Shown here piece after piece: positions 10,864 to 23,080 of a stretch of 64,000 nt of DNA. The notes beneath the pieces are model-generated. The model saw only the letters and a program-made list of their open reading frames with translations, did not search any database and had not been told where the DNA came from. Source of the DNA: an uncultured virus (IMG/VR IMGVR_UViG_3300020727_000014) (Duplodnaviria > Heunggongvirae > Uroviricota > Caudoviricetes); IMG/VR virus record IMGVR_UViG_3300020727_000014, one strand, 5' to 3'. Made by a program: the position numbers and the translations under genes. How positions within the stretch are numbered: position 1 is the stretch's first letter; each line of letters starts with the position of its first letter.

Positions 10864-11374
10864 TAATTTTTTACCTTATCCTAACGTTGTTAGAACTTGG
10901 GCATTAAACCAAAAATACTATTCATCAAAAGAAATTAGTGAGATCAATAATGGAGAAAATACTTGGCCAGGATTACGAACTATTAATGTTAATGAATTAG
11001 ATATAGGATATGCTGATATGGTATTATCTAGAATTTCATATCTCGCTCAATCTACATTTGGGTTAACTGAAAATTTATCGATTAGAAGTAGTTTTCAATT
11101 AACTAAGGAGATTGATGGCGATAGTTGGATACATATGGATAATGATGTAGAGGTTGCAGGAATTTTATACTTAACACCAGATGCGCCCATCGATGCTGGG
11201 ACTACAATTTATACAGGCCATCCTCATGTTGCAAGGGATATTATTGGTAATGTATTTAATCGACTAGTATTATATAAAGCAACCGAATTTCACAAATCTA
11301 CAAAATATTTTGGTAATACCAATGAAAACAGTAGATTAACCCAAGTATTTTTTATTAATCAAACATATAACTAA
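10844..11374 (+). CDS. 2OG-Fe(II) oxygenase-like protein (DUF6445-like)
   Basis: WPGLR...WIHMD...AGILYL...GT..Y...NRLVLY..FH...RLTQVFF. Confidence 0.7.
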   Translation: MNLIILDNFLPYPNVVRTWALNQKYYSSKEISEINNGENTWPGLRTINVNELDIGYADMVLSRISYLAQSTFGLTENLSIRSSFQLTKEIDGDSWIHMDNDVEVAGILYLTPDAPIDAGTTIYTGHPHVARDIIGNVFNRLVLYKATEFHKSTKYFGNTNENSRLTQVFFINQTYN

Positions 11375-11492
11375 ACTTTTACACACTGTATATATGGAAT
11401 GTAATTAGCATTATAGTTAGTACACAGGCATTCATATCAACAAAATCAAAGAAGTTGGAAAGAGCCGTTATAAGAACTTAAAAGTTGATTAC

Positions 11493-11522
11493 AAAAAAGA
11501 TGGGCAAATTAATTTACCCATC
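11493..11522 (-). terminator. intrinsic terminator between convergent genes
   Basis: Minus-strand GATGGGTAAAT..ATTTGCCCATC hairpin followed by a T-tract. Confidence 0.6.
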
Positions 11523-11537
11523 GTATTAAATCAAATT

Positions 11538-11993
11538 TTAGTTGTCGATTTGGATTTGTAGAGTGTTAGCTGAGAAAGTTGGAGCAGCATCACCAGAGTT
11601 TATAGTTTTTGCTTGTGTTAGCTGTCCATAAAATAATGTATTTCCTGTTCCTACAGTTGCAGTATCAAGAAGTACGAAAGAATTAGCAATTCCCCAGTTT
11701 CCTGTAGGCGCAGGAAATGTTATTGCAACATTATTTGAAACAGTACCATTTGAACCCACAGAAGCAACACCTTGAGCATAATTTGTTCCCATCCAACTAT
11801 TTAAATTTGATGTTAATTGTACTCTTGCATAACTGCCTGTCGCTGCAAATTCAGTAATATTCGCGCCTGTGTTAGAATCTGTCACAGGTGTTGTTGTTAA
11901 TGCAACCCAAATGTTGCTTATTGTTGGTAGCGGTTGTCCTCTAAAAATTGCGTCCACTACTTTGTTTTCTAAATAATCCGACATTGCAGCCAT
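11538..11993 (-). CDS. probable virion structural protein (tail-associated)
   Basis: MSDYLENK...YARV...ITFP.PTGNWG...GN.LFYG.L..KTI.SGD pattern common in phage tail regions; preceded by two minus-strand TATAAATA (12028-12035, 12037-12044). Confidence 0.65.
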   Translation of the reverse strand: MAAMSDYLENKVVDAIFRGQPLPTISNIWVALTTTPVTDSNTGANITEFAATGSYARVQLTSNLNSWMGTNYAQGVASVGSNGTVSNNVAITFPAPTGNWGIANSFVLLDTATVGTGNTLFYGQLTQAKTINSGDAAPTFSANTLQIQIDN

Positions 11994-12047
11994 TTTGTAA
12001 CTCCTAAATTAAAATTGATTTTATATGTATTTATACTATTTATAATA

Positions 12048-12557
12048 TTATATTGCTTTATTAACTGCTATTGAGTTTCCTGATGCTATATCTACAATAT
12101 TTAATCTACCGTATGGCCATGGAGATGTTACAGTAGTAAAAGCAGTATTTGAATTCGCAGTAGTAAGTGGAAGAGTTGCTAAATCCACCCAATGTGCTTG
12201 ATCTGTAGACGCTTGGATTTTAACATTCGCAGTTCCACCAGTAGAAAATGCTTGCAATATAACACTAGGTGGATTTGTTGTTTTAAATGTAAACGGTTGT
12301 TGTGGTCCAGTTAATCCAGAACCAAAATTCGGTGTAATAGCAACAACTCTAGTACCATCATATTGTTGGTTAGAAAACGCAATTACTGCATTATTTCCAG
12401 ATACTGATGCGACTGTATCAGCATATCTAGAATCATTATTTATGAAATATAATGTTAATGTATTATTCGCTAAAAGATATGGATTTGTGTCGAATACTAT
12501 CGTAGTATTAGCAGCATAATATGTGCCACTTATGTTTCTAGAAATCTCAGTAATCAT
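12048..12557 (-). CDS. hypothetical structural protein
   Basis: T/N/S-rich ORF; minus-strand TATAAATA at 12597-12604. Confidence 0.5.
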   Translation of the reverse strand: MITEISRNISGTYYAANTTIVFDTNPYLLANNTLTLYFINNDSRYADTVASVSGNNAVIAFSNQQYDGTRVVAITPNFGSGLTGPQQPFTFKTTNPPSVILQAFSTGGTANVKIQASTDQAHWVDLATLPLTTANSNTAFTTVTSPWPYGRLNIVDIASGNSIAVNKAI

Positions 12558-12659
12558 TATGTTGATCCTTAGTAAAAATGTTATGTATTTAATACTTATT
12601 TATAATAACTAAATAGTCTAAAATGTTAATAAATACAATAATTTTAAAGAGGCGATTTA

Positions 12660-15296
12660 ATGACAACAGGTTATTATGAAATAGATTATACTCCTGGAAT
12701 AACAATAAATTCCAATTTACAACTTGGAAGTAATGTCTCATTTAATTTAGATGGAACTTTTAATCTTGATGGTAATCCTGGATCATATGGTCATATATTG
12801 GTATCTATGGGAGCGAATGTTGCTCCAACATGGATGTCAATGTCCAGCAGTACATTAGCTAATAATTCGATTATATTAGGAACTTCTTCTCTTGTATTAG
12901 GAAGTACAATTCCAAGTCTTGTTGGTTTGACTAACTTGGGGATTGGGACGAGTAGTCCTGCAGCCACAGCACATGTAGTAAATCAAACTAACTCTGGATG
13001 GCGTTATGACCAATATAATGATGGCGATGGGACAAATTTCATAAACTATAGGGCTAGAGGAACAATAGCTCTTCCGACCGCTGTTCTAACTGGTGATAGA
13101 TTAGGGTCATTTCTAGCTGGTGGGTATGGCACATCCGGATTTTTAGGAATGAATGGTGGTATGTCCATTTTTGCAGCCGAAACTTTTGGTGTTTCTAATG
13201 GTGGAACATATTTAACTTTTGGAACTAGTGCTATCGGGACAAATCCTGCTGGTGGTGGCACAGAACGCATGCGTATCGACTCCTCCGGCAACGTGGGGAT
13301 TGGTACTGTTCCATCAGCATGGGCAACTCCGTCAAAAGCTATTCAGGTTATTGGAGCAGGGTTATTTAACAACAATAACACAACTATTCTTGCGTCAAAT
13401 GTTTATCGAGCCGCAAGTTATGTGCCAACATATTACAGCACAACCGTCGCTGGAGAAATGGGGTTTAATATTAATGGGGTTGGAGAATGGACTTTTTCCA
13501 ATGCCCCTGCTGGAACTACTGGAACTACATGTCCATTAACCGAACGCATGCGCATCGACTCCTCCGGCAACGTGGGAATTGGGACGAGTTCGCCAACAAC
13601 TAAATTATCAGTAGCGGGAAACCTAACTCTAAATGCTAAATATTCAGCGTGGAATAGTGCCGCAACAGTACTCCAGTGTGGTACAGGTTCTGTTTGGACT
13701 AACTCAAACACTACAGGTTTTAATGCTAATTTATATTATGACTCGACATACACTAAACGGGCAATAACCACAAATTATTGCGGTGAGTTAGTGAGCTCAT
13801 TAGTTGGGGTTGGCGGTTGGGATTTCAACGTGTCTGGCGTTACAACGGCTGGAGCTGTTGTAGCTATGACCACTGCTATGCGCATCGACTCCTCCGGCAA
13901 CGTGGGGATTGGATACTCTAATCCAAGCGCATATGGAACTTTAGCTGTAAATGGTTCCGGATACTTTTCTGGAGCATTGACCTCAGCATCATTAACATTA
14001 GGGACTCCTCTTGGACTATCTTCTGGTGGTACAGGTGTAACAAATCTTCCTGATCTTAGAACTGAAATATATCCAGGATCACCAACTCCTGGTTATGTAT
14101 TAACAACAGGCGGAGCAGGGTCTTTTTATTGGGCAGCACAAACAGGAGGTGGATCAACTCCTGGAACAACAATAAACTCGACTTCATCTGTCACCGCAGC
14201 AACAGCAAACCAAGTAGCATTTACAACTCCTACATATGTTCCTGGAGCAAATCAATTGCGTGTTTATATAAATGGTGTTAGGCAGTTTCCAACAGAATAT
14301 GTTGAAACAAATAGCACTACTGTTACATTAAATGATGGTTGTGTTGCTGGTGCTAAAGTATTCTTACAAGTTGATGGATATATTAATAACCCATATACAT
14401 CTAGTACGGTTTCTTTTGCTGCGCCTTTTTCTGGAATTTCTTCTGGACAAAATACTGTACAGCTTGCAATTCAAGATTTAGAAATAAGAAAAGCTACAAT
14501 AGCAGATCCATCTTTTACTGGTACAGTTACTGCCAACAACACATCTTACACAGGTACGCTTACAGGCGGTACAGGCATACTGAACATAGGTTCAGGTCAG
14601 GTTTATAAAGATGCTTCAGGCAACGTGGGGATTGGGACGAGTAGTCCTTATCCAAACTCTCTTACTTTATCTGGAAATAAGTATCCAGTAATGGGATCAG
14701 ATGGTTCTTTTCTTGGTGGTGGTGTTTATTGGGATTCTGGATGGAAAAATACAGTAGCATCTCAAGGCGGTTGGGCAATAAGAAACACTAGTGGGGTATT
14801 TACTTTATATACTGGAACTAATGCTGGTATAGCGGGTAGTATTTCTGCTGATTTTGTCGAAAGACTTAGAGTAGATAATACTGGTAGGGTTACTATGCCT
14901 TATCAACCTGCTTTTAATGCCACCACTACCACCTCAAATGCCTCAGGAACAGACATTACTTATACTTCGGCAGTGTTTGATATTGGTAGTAATTTAAATT
15001 TAGGTACAGGGAGATTTACCGCACCTGTGGCGGGTACATATTTCTTTAGATATCATCAGTTGGCCAATAATGCAGCTGCTGGCGAATACAGAACTGCTAT
15101 ATATGTAAATGGAGCAGGATATGGTGGATTACGATTTATCACACAAAAGGCTGCGAATGTTTGGTGGACTTTAATTGCTGAAGGTCATGTAAAATTAGCC
15201 GTAAATGACTACGTTACAATAAGATTTGAATCAGGTCCAGGTGCTATGTACACTGATGGTAATTATGCCAGTTTTACTGGTCACTTAATAGGATAA
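12660..15296 (+). CDS. long tail fibre protein with C-terminal C1q/TNF-like domain
   Basis: Repeated ERMRIDSSGNVGIGT fibre motifs; C-terminal QPAF...FD...GRFTAPVAGTYFF...FTGHLIG typical of a C1q domain. Confidence 0.85.
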   Translation: MTTGYYEIDYTPGITINSNLQLGSNVSFNLDGTFNLDGNPGSYGHILVSMGANVAPTWMSMSSSTLANNSIILGTSSLVLGSTIPSLVGLTNLGIGTSSPAATAHVVNQTNSGWRYDQYNDGDGTNFINYRARGTIALPTAVLTGDRLGSFLAGGYGTSGFLGMNGGMSIFAAETFGVSNGGTYLTFGTSAIGTNPAGGGTERMRIDSSGNVGIGTVPSAWATPSKAIQVIGAGLFNNNNTTILASNVYRAASYVPTYYSTTVAGEMGFNINGVGEWTFSNAPAGTTGTTCPLTERMRIDSSGNVGIGTSSPTTKLSVAGNLTLNAKYSAWNSAATVLQCGTGSVWTNSNTTGFNANLYYDSTYTKRAITTNYCGELVSSLVGVGGWDFNVSGVTTAGAVVAMTTAMRIDSSGNVGIGYSNPSAYGTLAVNGSGYFSGALTSASLTLGTPLGLSSGGTGVTNLPDLRTEIYPGSPTPGYVLTTGGAGSFYWAAQTGGGSTPGTTINSTSSVTAATANQVAFTTPTYVPGANQLRVYINGVRQFPTEYVETNSTTVTLNDGCVAGAKVFLQVDGYINNPYTSSTVSFAAPFSGISSGQNTVQLAIQDLEIRKATIADPSFTGTVTANNTSYTGTLTGGTGILNIGSGQVYKDASGNVGIGTSSPYPNSLTLSGNKYPVMGSDGSFLGGGVYWDSGWKNTVASQGGWAIRNTSGVFTLYTGTNAGIAGSISADFVERLRVDNTGRVTMPYQPAFNATTTTSNASGTDITYTSAVFDIGSNLNLGTGRFTAPVAGTYFFRYHQLANNAAAGEYRTAIYVNGAGYGGLRFITQKAANVWWTLIAEGHVKLAVNDYVTIRFESGPGAMYTDGNYASFTGHLIG

Positions 15297-15300
15297 TAAT

Positions 15301-15576
15301 ATGATATACACAATAGAGTACACAGAAGCAGAAAATATAGCAATGGGTTATGTTACAGCCTCAGTTGATGAATGGATACAAAATGCCGCGCATGAAAGAG
15401 CAAGAATTGCTATTGATGAGATAGTTAAAATTGCTGTAGAGAAGTTTCTTGAACAAGGCTCTACAATTCCTAGCAGTAAAGAAGAAATTGTTGTAGCGGC
15501 ATTTACAAATAATTGGGTTCAAACTGTAGAGCAGAGAAATGCAAACTCAGTTATTGTACCAACTCCTGTTAATTAA
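15301..15576 (+). CDS. small tail-fibre-associated protein
   Basis: Directly follows the fibre gene; WIQNA.HERARIA.DEI motif. Confidence 0.5.
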   Translation: MIYTIEYTEAENIAMGYVTASVDEWIQNAAHERARIAIDEIVKIAVEKFLEQGSTIPSSKEEIVVAAFTNNWVQTVEQRNANSVIVPTPVN

Positions 15577-15623
15577 ATCACTCACAGCCAGATTGGAAGT
15601 TTTTGAAACTAAGTAAAACACAA

Positions 15624-15821
15624 TTAATGGTGCCAATGATGTCCGTGCCCATATCCATACATCGGATATGATGGATAACTATAAATTCCATAATTATAAT
15701 TTGGATAAGTATATCTTGGATACGAATATACAGGATATTGATAGCCTACAGAATAATTTGCTGGAACATATGCAGTACAACCTGTAAGAAATAAAACAAC
15801 GAATAGATTAATTATTTTCAT
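15624..15821 (-). CDS. putative lipoprotein, Y/P-rich
   Basis: Lipobox-like LTGC after a hydrophobic N-terminus. Confidence 0.45.
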   Translation of the reverse strand: MKIINLFVVLFLTGCTAYVPANYSVGYQYPVYSYPRYTYPNYNYGIYSYPSYPMYGYGHGHHWHH

Positions 15822-16264
15822 TCTGAATCCTCTGATTCTGTGTCAAGAAGTTCACACAAAGAATTAATGGTAATTTTGACTTTTGTATCAAAATCATCAG
15901 AAGTTGACTCTGCTATATTAATGCAAGTATTTAGTGTATCCCAATTGTCAATATGTATCATTGATAACATAATGTTAAATTCTCTATTATACATTGCTGA
16001 TTCTGCAACAATACTTAATAATGCATCGGTTTCTAAAATACTTGATTTAAAATCTGTATCATCAGTTGAAATGTCTACAAATTCTCTATCTAAAAGAATC
16101 TGTCCTGAATAATCGGTATCTTTTATAAAAATGTATCGACCTAACCTACGATTTTCTAATTGCGCTCCAAATAGAAATGGAACAACTGTTACATAATCAT
16201 TCGCCTCAAAAAACCGTTTGTTGTTTCTATTTTTTTGTATCAAATTTTTAATCTGTCCAAACAT
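15818..16264 (-). CDS. hypothetical protein
   Basis: ORF with GAGG RBS and early-type promoter at ~16293-16330. Confidence 0.55.
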   Translation of the reverse strand: MFGQIKNLIQKNRNNKRFFEANDYVTVVPFLFGAQLENRRLGRYIFIKDTDYSGQILLDREFVDISTDDTDFKSSILETDALLSIVAESAMYNREFNIMLSMIHIDNWDTLNTCINIAESTSDDFDTKVKITINSLCELLDTESEDSE

Positions 16265-16331
16265 AATTTATTCCTCATTATTGAAATTAAATATAGTATA
16301 ACTGATTTGAAAATTAAATACAAGCACTTTT

Positions 16332-16339
16332 TATAAATA
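16332..16339 (+). promoter_or_regulatory. T4-type late promoter TATAAATA for lysis genes
   Basis: Exact motif upstream of the endolysin. Confidence 0.65.
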
Positions 16340-16360
16340 CTAAAAAACATAGGAATTTGT

Positions 16361-16960
16361 ATGGTAACAAAAGAATTAATACAAAAAATAGCACCAAATG
16401 CTCCAGAAAATATAGTTGATATTTTAAATATTATGTTACCAAAATATGGTATAGATACAAAAGAAAGGATTGCTTGTTTTCTTGGTCAAACTGCACATGA
16501 GTCTGGAGGATTTACAAAATTTACAGAAAATCTTAATTATTCATCAGAAAGGTTGTGTGTGGTTTGGAAAAAAAGATTTCCAACTAAAGCATCTGCAGAA
16601 CCTTATAATAGAAATCCTGAAAAGATTGCAAATAAAGTTTATTCAAATAGATTGGGAAATGGTAATGAAGCTTCTGGTGATGGGTGGTTATATCGTGGCA
16701 GGGGTTGCATACAAACTACTGGAAAGGCCAATTACGAAAAACTAAGCAAAGCTATTGGTAAAGAATTATCAGAGTGTGTGGAGTACTGTGCAACTCTGGA
16801 AGGAGCAGTTGAAAGTTCTTGTGTCTTCTGGAAACAAAACAATCTAAATCGATTTGTTGATTCTAACGACTTTGAAGGACTAACAATTGCAATTAATGGT
16901 GCGCTTCTTGGCTACACCGAACGAAAACAACTACGAGATTTATCTTTAGGATTATTATGA
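16361..16960 (+). CDS. glycoside hydrolase family 19 endolysin
   Basis: FLGQTAHESGGF..F.ENLNYS...GDGWLYRGRG.IQ.TG..NY...ING. Confidence 0.9.
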   Translation: MVTKELIQKIAPNAPENIVDILNIMLPKYGIDTKERIACFLGQTAHESGGFTKFTENLNYSSERLCVVWKKRFPTKASAEPYNRNPEKIANKVYSNRLGNGNEASGDGWLYRGRGCIQTTGKANYEKLSKAIGKELSECVEYCATLEGAVESSCVFWKQNNLNRFVDSNDFEGLTIAINGALLGYTERKQLRDLSLGLL

Positions 16961-17682
16961 AAAAACTATTAACATTATTCCTGTTATTACCTGTATTGGC
17001 TTTAGGAAATCCTATCGATGACAAATGTCCAGAAAAGGTAATATGGGGAGCCCCTATTATAAAAGATGGAGATAATCAATATCTGTGTAGAAATGGATAT
17101 GCTGTAAATTATTCATATAAAACAAAAACACCAATTTATGTTGTAGAACATATAACAAAAACTAATTTAATTGGGACAATAAAACGGCAAAATAATTTTC
17201 ATGAAGATATAGAAATTCCTTATAATTATAGATCAAAATTATCAGATTATTCTGGAACAGTTTATGATAGAGGTCACCTTGCCCCAGCAGCAGATTTTGA
17301 ATATTCCAAAGATGCTATGGATGAATCATTTTTAATGACAAATATGATGCCACAAAATAAAACACTAAATCGTGGAACATGGGCATATCTTGAAAGTTAT
17401 GTTAGAGATTTAGCTCATTTAGATGATGTTTATGTAATAACAGGAACTATCTATAATAAAGGATATAAAACTATTGGGGAAGGTGTTGGAATTCCAGATA
17501 GCATTTATAAAGTCGTTATCCAGCCAAGTATAAATAAAATCGTAGTCTATAAATTTCCAAATACAGGTATTAATCTTAAAGATTTTAGAAAATATTTGGT
17601 TAGTGTTAAATCTATAGAAAAAACAACTGGATTGAATATTTCGCCTTTGATACCAAAAAATCTTGTCGATTTGGAAAATTAA
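16957..17682 (+). CDS. DNA/RNA non-specific endonuclease (NucA/EndoG family) with signal peptide
   Basis: YDRGHLAPA...F.MTNM.PQ...LNRG.W..LE motif; hydrophobic N-terminus. Confidence 0.9.
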   Translation: MKKLLTLFLLLPVLALGNPIDDKCPEKVIWGAPIIKDGDNQYLCRNGYAVNYSYKTKTPIYVVEHITKTNLIGTIKRQNNFHEDIEIPYNYRSKLSDYSGTVYDRGHLAPAADFEYSKDAMDESFLMTNMMPQNKTLNRGTWAYLESYVRDLAHLDDVYVITGTIYNKGYKTIGEGVGIPDSIYKVVIQPSINKIVVYKFPNTGINLKDFRKYLVSVKSIEKTTGLNISPLIPKNLVDLEN

Positions 17683-17740
17683 AATATATCAGGGACGGAT
17701 ATAAAAGCGAGGATTAAAAACCCTCGCTCCAAGGATGGAT

Positions 17741-19363
<1,623 letters not shown>

Positions 19364-19419
19364 TTAAAGTTTAACTAATGTTACAACTTACTTCCAAATC
19401 TCTTTTGACAATTTGGAGA

Positions 19420-19674
19420 TTAAATTACTTCCAATTCTTCAGCTTCTAGAATTGCTACAATATCTTCTTCTAAAACAATAAAAAGTTCATTTTTTACTTT
19501 TTTTGCTTTAGACCAATCAAGAATTACTGTTTGACCAAGTTTAACTTCTTCAACTTGTTTTCCAAGTCCCATAACTTTTGCATAGGTACTTTCTTCAGTA
19601 TCAACACCCTGAATCAATCCAGAATATTCTTGTTTTTGTTTTAAAATCAAAACATTTTTATTTAAAACTATCAT
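19420..19674 (-). CDS. groES: divergent co-chaperonin GroES (Cpn10)-like
   Basis: Directly upstream of groEL; SGLI...AKVMGLG..V.EVKLGQ.V...IV.EEDIVAIL pattern. Confidence 0.7.
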   Translation of the reverse strand: MIVLNKNVLILKQKQEYSGLIQGVDTEESTYAKVMGLGKQVEEVKLGQTVILDWSKAKKVKNELFIVLEEDIVAILEAEELEVI

Positions 19675-19758
19675 TTTATTTCCTTTCTTTAATTGAAAAA
19701 CTTTATCTCTTTATAGACAATAAAACCCTTTAGGCAACAAGCCTGTAACTATTTAGTG

Positions 19759-20346
19759 TTATTTTCCATATAAAATTTGTAGAACATCAAAACAAATATC
19801 ATCGACTGGATGATGTTTGACAACTACATTTTTATCCCATATTCCAGGGTATTTTTCTGGATCAATTTCAGCATAACCTCTAGCCCCAGTTTCTGTGTTA
19901 AAATCAACAAATGTTCTAACATCTCTATAATTCCAAAATGGAAATAATCTTTCAATTCTCATAGCATTAAATAAAGAATCTATTGCTACTTGATCAATTG
20001 AACCTCGAACCCATACAATATCTTTGTCAGGTTTTTTTGATTGCTCTGTTTTATATTTCTTAAGAATAATTGCAGCTTCAAGAGCAGTTAGATCAGATTT
20101 TTTTGGAGTAAAAGAAGCGTCTCTTGCAATATCAGATTGTATTTTCCACCACTCTAATGTATCTTTATTTAAAGTTCTTTTGTAATTATCAATCTGATCT
20201 TTAGCAGATAATTTTACAAATATTGAATCTCTATATAAAGATTCCCATGTGTGATCGTCTCGAGTTTCGTCAAAATACACAAGAGCAACAGAAAGAATGA
20301 CAGTTGTACTTTCAACCGATAAACTTTCAATATCCAGACAGAACAT
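19759..20346 (-). CDS. 3'-5' exonuclease, T4 DexA-like (DEDDh)
   Basis: LDIESL...TLEWW..Q...WVRG..D...RDVRT...HHP.DD. Confidence 0.75.
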   Translation of the reverse strand: MFCLDIESLSVESTTVILSVALVYFDETRDDHTWESLYRDSIFVKLSAKDQIDNYKRTLNKDTLEWWKIQSDIARDASFTPKKSDLTALEAAIILKKYKTEQSKKPDKDIVWVRGSIDQVAIDSLFNAMRIERLFPFWNYRDVRTFVDFNTETGARGYAEIDPEKYPGIWDKNVVVKHHPVDDICFDVLQILYGK

Positions 20347-20548
20347 AATTAATTCCTTGTTGCTATTTGGTGTTGAAGCACTAAATTTGATTTAAAATTC
20401 TTTTCGCTTTCTTCAATTAATAACATTATTAATGTATCAGACACTTTCAATAAATCATCTTTATCTAATTCTGTCTGATTCTTCTTAGTTTTTAATTGAA
20501 GATATTTTAAATATAATGATTTTACATTTCTATTAAGATAATTTTTTT

Positions 20549-21853
20549 TCACAATAATTCCTCTAATGTGTTTGCAATATCTTTATCAAATCTGACACAA
20601 GAAAAAATTGGCAAAAATAAAGATTTTTTGTCAGAATTTTTATTTCCGATAATTTCGTTATATTTCACCTCAATAATTTTACCAACATAAGATTCTGGAT
20701 CATCTCTTTCACCATTTAAGTGTTTAAATCCAGAACCAACTTTTACTTGTAGTAAACCATCAGAAGTTTCACAAATTAGACAACCTAACATACTTTCAAA
20801 TTGAGAACCAACTGTTCCCATATCATAACCAATTACTCTTAAATCAGCAGTTGATTCATTTTTTAATTTTAAATAATCGTTGCTGCGTTTAGAAGACCAA
20901 GTTGCATTAGGGTTTTTAAGAATACATCCTTCTAGACCTTTAGCAAGATTTTCATTATATTGTTCAAATGCTTTATCTTTCGAATAAACAATTTTTGACT
21001 CAACGATTTTAATTCTATTAGTATTTTCTCCAACAACCTGTTGTAATTGAAAAAATCTATCAGAATATTTAATTGGACATTCTCCTTTAAGAAAGTCCTC
21101 ATAAGGAATAATATCCCAAGCAACTAAATTCAATAATTCTGACTCTTCTTTAGAAATTGTTCCTTTAATAGCTTTATTAATTATACCAGAAGATGTTTTT
21201 CTATCAAGATCTTTTCCATCTTTTGAACACATTAATTCACCATCAAGAATGAAATGTTCTTGATTATCTACTGTAATATCTTCAAATGGTGTAATATCAA
21301 TAGTTGAACCATTTCTAGTTGTAACAGAAATTACGTTACCTTGATCGAATTCAAAATTGATTCGACTTGAATCCTGTTTAGTTTGAATTATTTGACCAAT
21401 AGACCAAACAACTTTCTTTTCAGTTTTCTCATTAAATTTATTACAAAGAAGAACAGGATAGTCTGGGATAAGTTTTGGCCAAACTTTATTGGCTAAAGAT
21501 GCTCCTGTACCACATTTTAAATCGCGTTCAAGAACTCTATATAAAACTTCTCTATCATCTGTCTCAAGTAATGTCAATAATCCGCCAATATATTCTATAG
21601 CTTTATTGCCAGTAAATTTTCTAGATGCTATATTAGTTACTAACAAATCTAAAGCTAACGATAACTCAATTCTTTTTCCAGTTTCAAACGTCAAAGTTGG
21701 ACGTTTTTTAATCCAGAATCGAATCTGAGTCGAATACGCTAAACGAAATACATCTTTTAGGGTTTCATTATCAAAATTCAGTTTGAGGAATTCAAGTTTT
21801 TGATTTGTAGAACCAGTTGTTGCCAAACGGTCTAATTTTTGCAATATACTCAT
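20549..21853 (-). CDS. ATP-dependent DNA ligase (T4 gp30-like)
   Basis: K.D..R (KQDSSR), ILDGEL, AWDII, EGCILKN, KRS...KLK, VGSGF, LFLPIF...RFDK. Confidence 0.92.
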   Translation of the reverse strand: MSILQKLDRLATTGSTNQKLEFLKLNFDNETLKDVFRLAYSTQIRFWIKKRPTLTFETGKRIELSLALDLLVTNIASRKFTGNKAIEYIGGLLTLLETDDREVLYRVLERDLKCGTGASLANKVWPKLIPDYPVLLCNKFNEKTEKKVVWSIGQIIQTKQDSSRINFEFDQGNVISVTTRNGSTIDITPFEDITVDNQEHFILDGELMCSKDGKDLDRKTSSGIINKAIKGTISKEESELLNLVAWDIIPYEDFLKGECPIKYSDRFFQLQQVVGENTNRIKIVESKIVYSKDKAFEQYNENLAKGLEGCILKNPNATWSSKRSNDYLKLKNESTADLRVIGYDMGTVGSQFESMLGCLICETSDGLLQVKVGSGFKHLNGERDDPESYVGKIIEVKYNEIIGNKNSDKKSLFLPIFSCVRFDKDIANTLEELL

Positions 21854-23080
21854 GCTACACCCTTATCAGGTGGATATCCAACTGGATTGTTTGCATCTTC
21901 ATCGGCAAGAAAAAGAATATAATCTTCTTCTTCTATAAGAGTGACAATTTCAAAACGATTAAATCCACATTGAATATAAATTGGTTTGTTCATTGACGAA
22001 GGTAATTCCTTGATCAATTGTTTGAGAGTTGGTGATGTCATAATTTTTTAAATGTTCTTCCACGTGTTGAAAAATTCATAGGTTTTTTAAATATAATCTC
22101 TTCAGTTTCGCCATTTTTAATATAACCAAAACATTTATATTTGTCATCTGACAATAAGTATGTGTGTAATATTCCAGAAGAAAACGATTTTGTAGTTTCT
22201 TGCATTTTTAACATAATATATCCCAAATTCAAAGTATAATATATTGTACTAAATTAGACGAAATATATCAAGCACTTTTTTTCCAATCAACAGAAACAAT
22301 TAAAGATTTTTTATTATCATATTGAACAACTGCTATTGTTTTATTATCTTCAGATAAATATGTTGTGACATCATTAATAGAAAAATGTTTTCCTTTCCAA
22401 TTTAATGCAGTTAGTTCTTCGTATAAATCCCATGTATTATATTTTTCAGAAACAAACATATTATTCTCCTATAAATCTTGGTCAAACCATTTTGTAAATT
22501 GGATTGTAGTTTCTTCTTGATGTCCATCTTCTGTAATCATTTCTGGAATATAAACTGAAATGCCAACAATATCAGGACCAAATTCTAATAACTCAACATT
22601 TACATCAAATTCTGCATTATATTTTTTTAATAAATTACTGAAATCTTTTCTAAAGTTTTCTTCTGTTGTCATAGGCATTAATCCTTAAATTAAGATAGAT
22701 GCATCTTCCATGTAGTATTCTCTTTCTTTCCCTTCTGGAAGATCATCAAGGTAAAGGCTGGAAAATTTATTTCCTGACGTTATTTCTTTGTAATTATCCT
22801 GAAGAAATTTACTTACAAATCCTGGATAATCAAGCAGAACAGATTTGTCTGTTTTATAATAGTATTCAACACACCGTTCTATTCTTGCTGATTCCGTTTC
22901 TATAGAATCTGTATTTCTTTCTTTCTTTTGGTTTGTAAGAGAAGCTATAGCAAGAATTTTAAATGCTGCTTCCATGCCTTCTTGAATTGATTTTGTTTTC
23001 ATGATAATTCCATATTATATAGTTAAAGAGTATAATATGATTATACTCTTGTTTAAATTAAAAATCAAGCACTGATAAGC

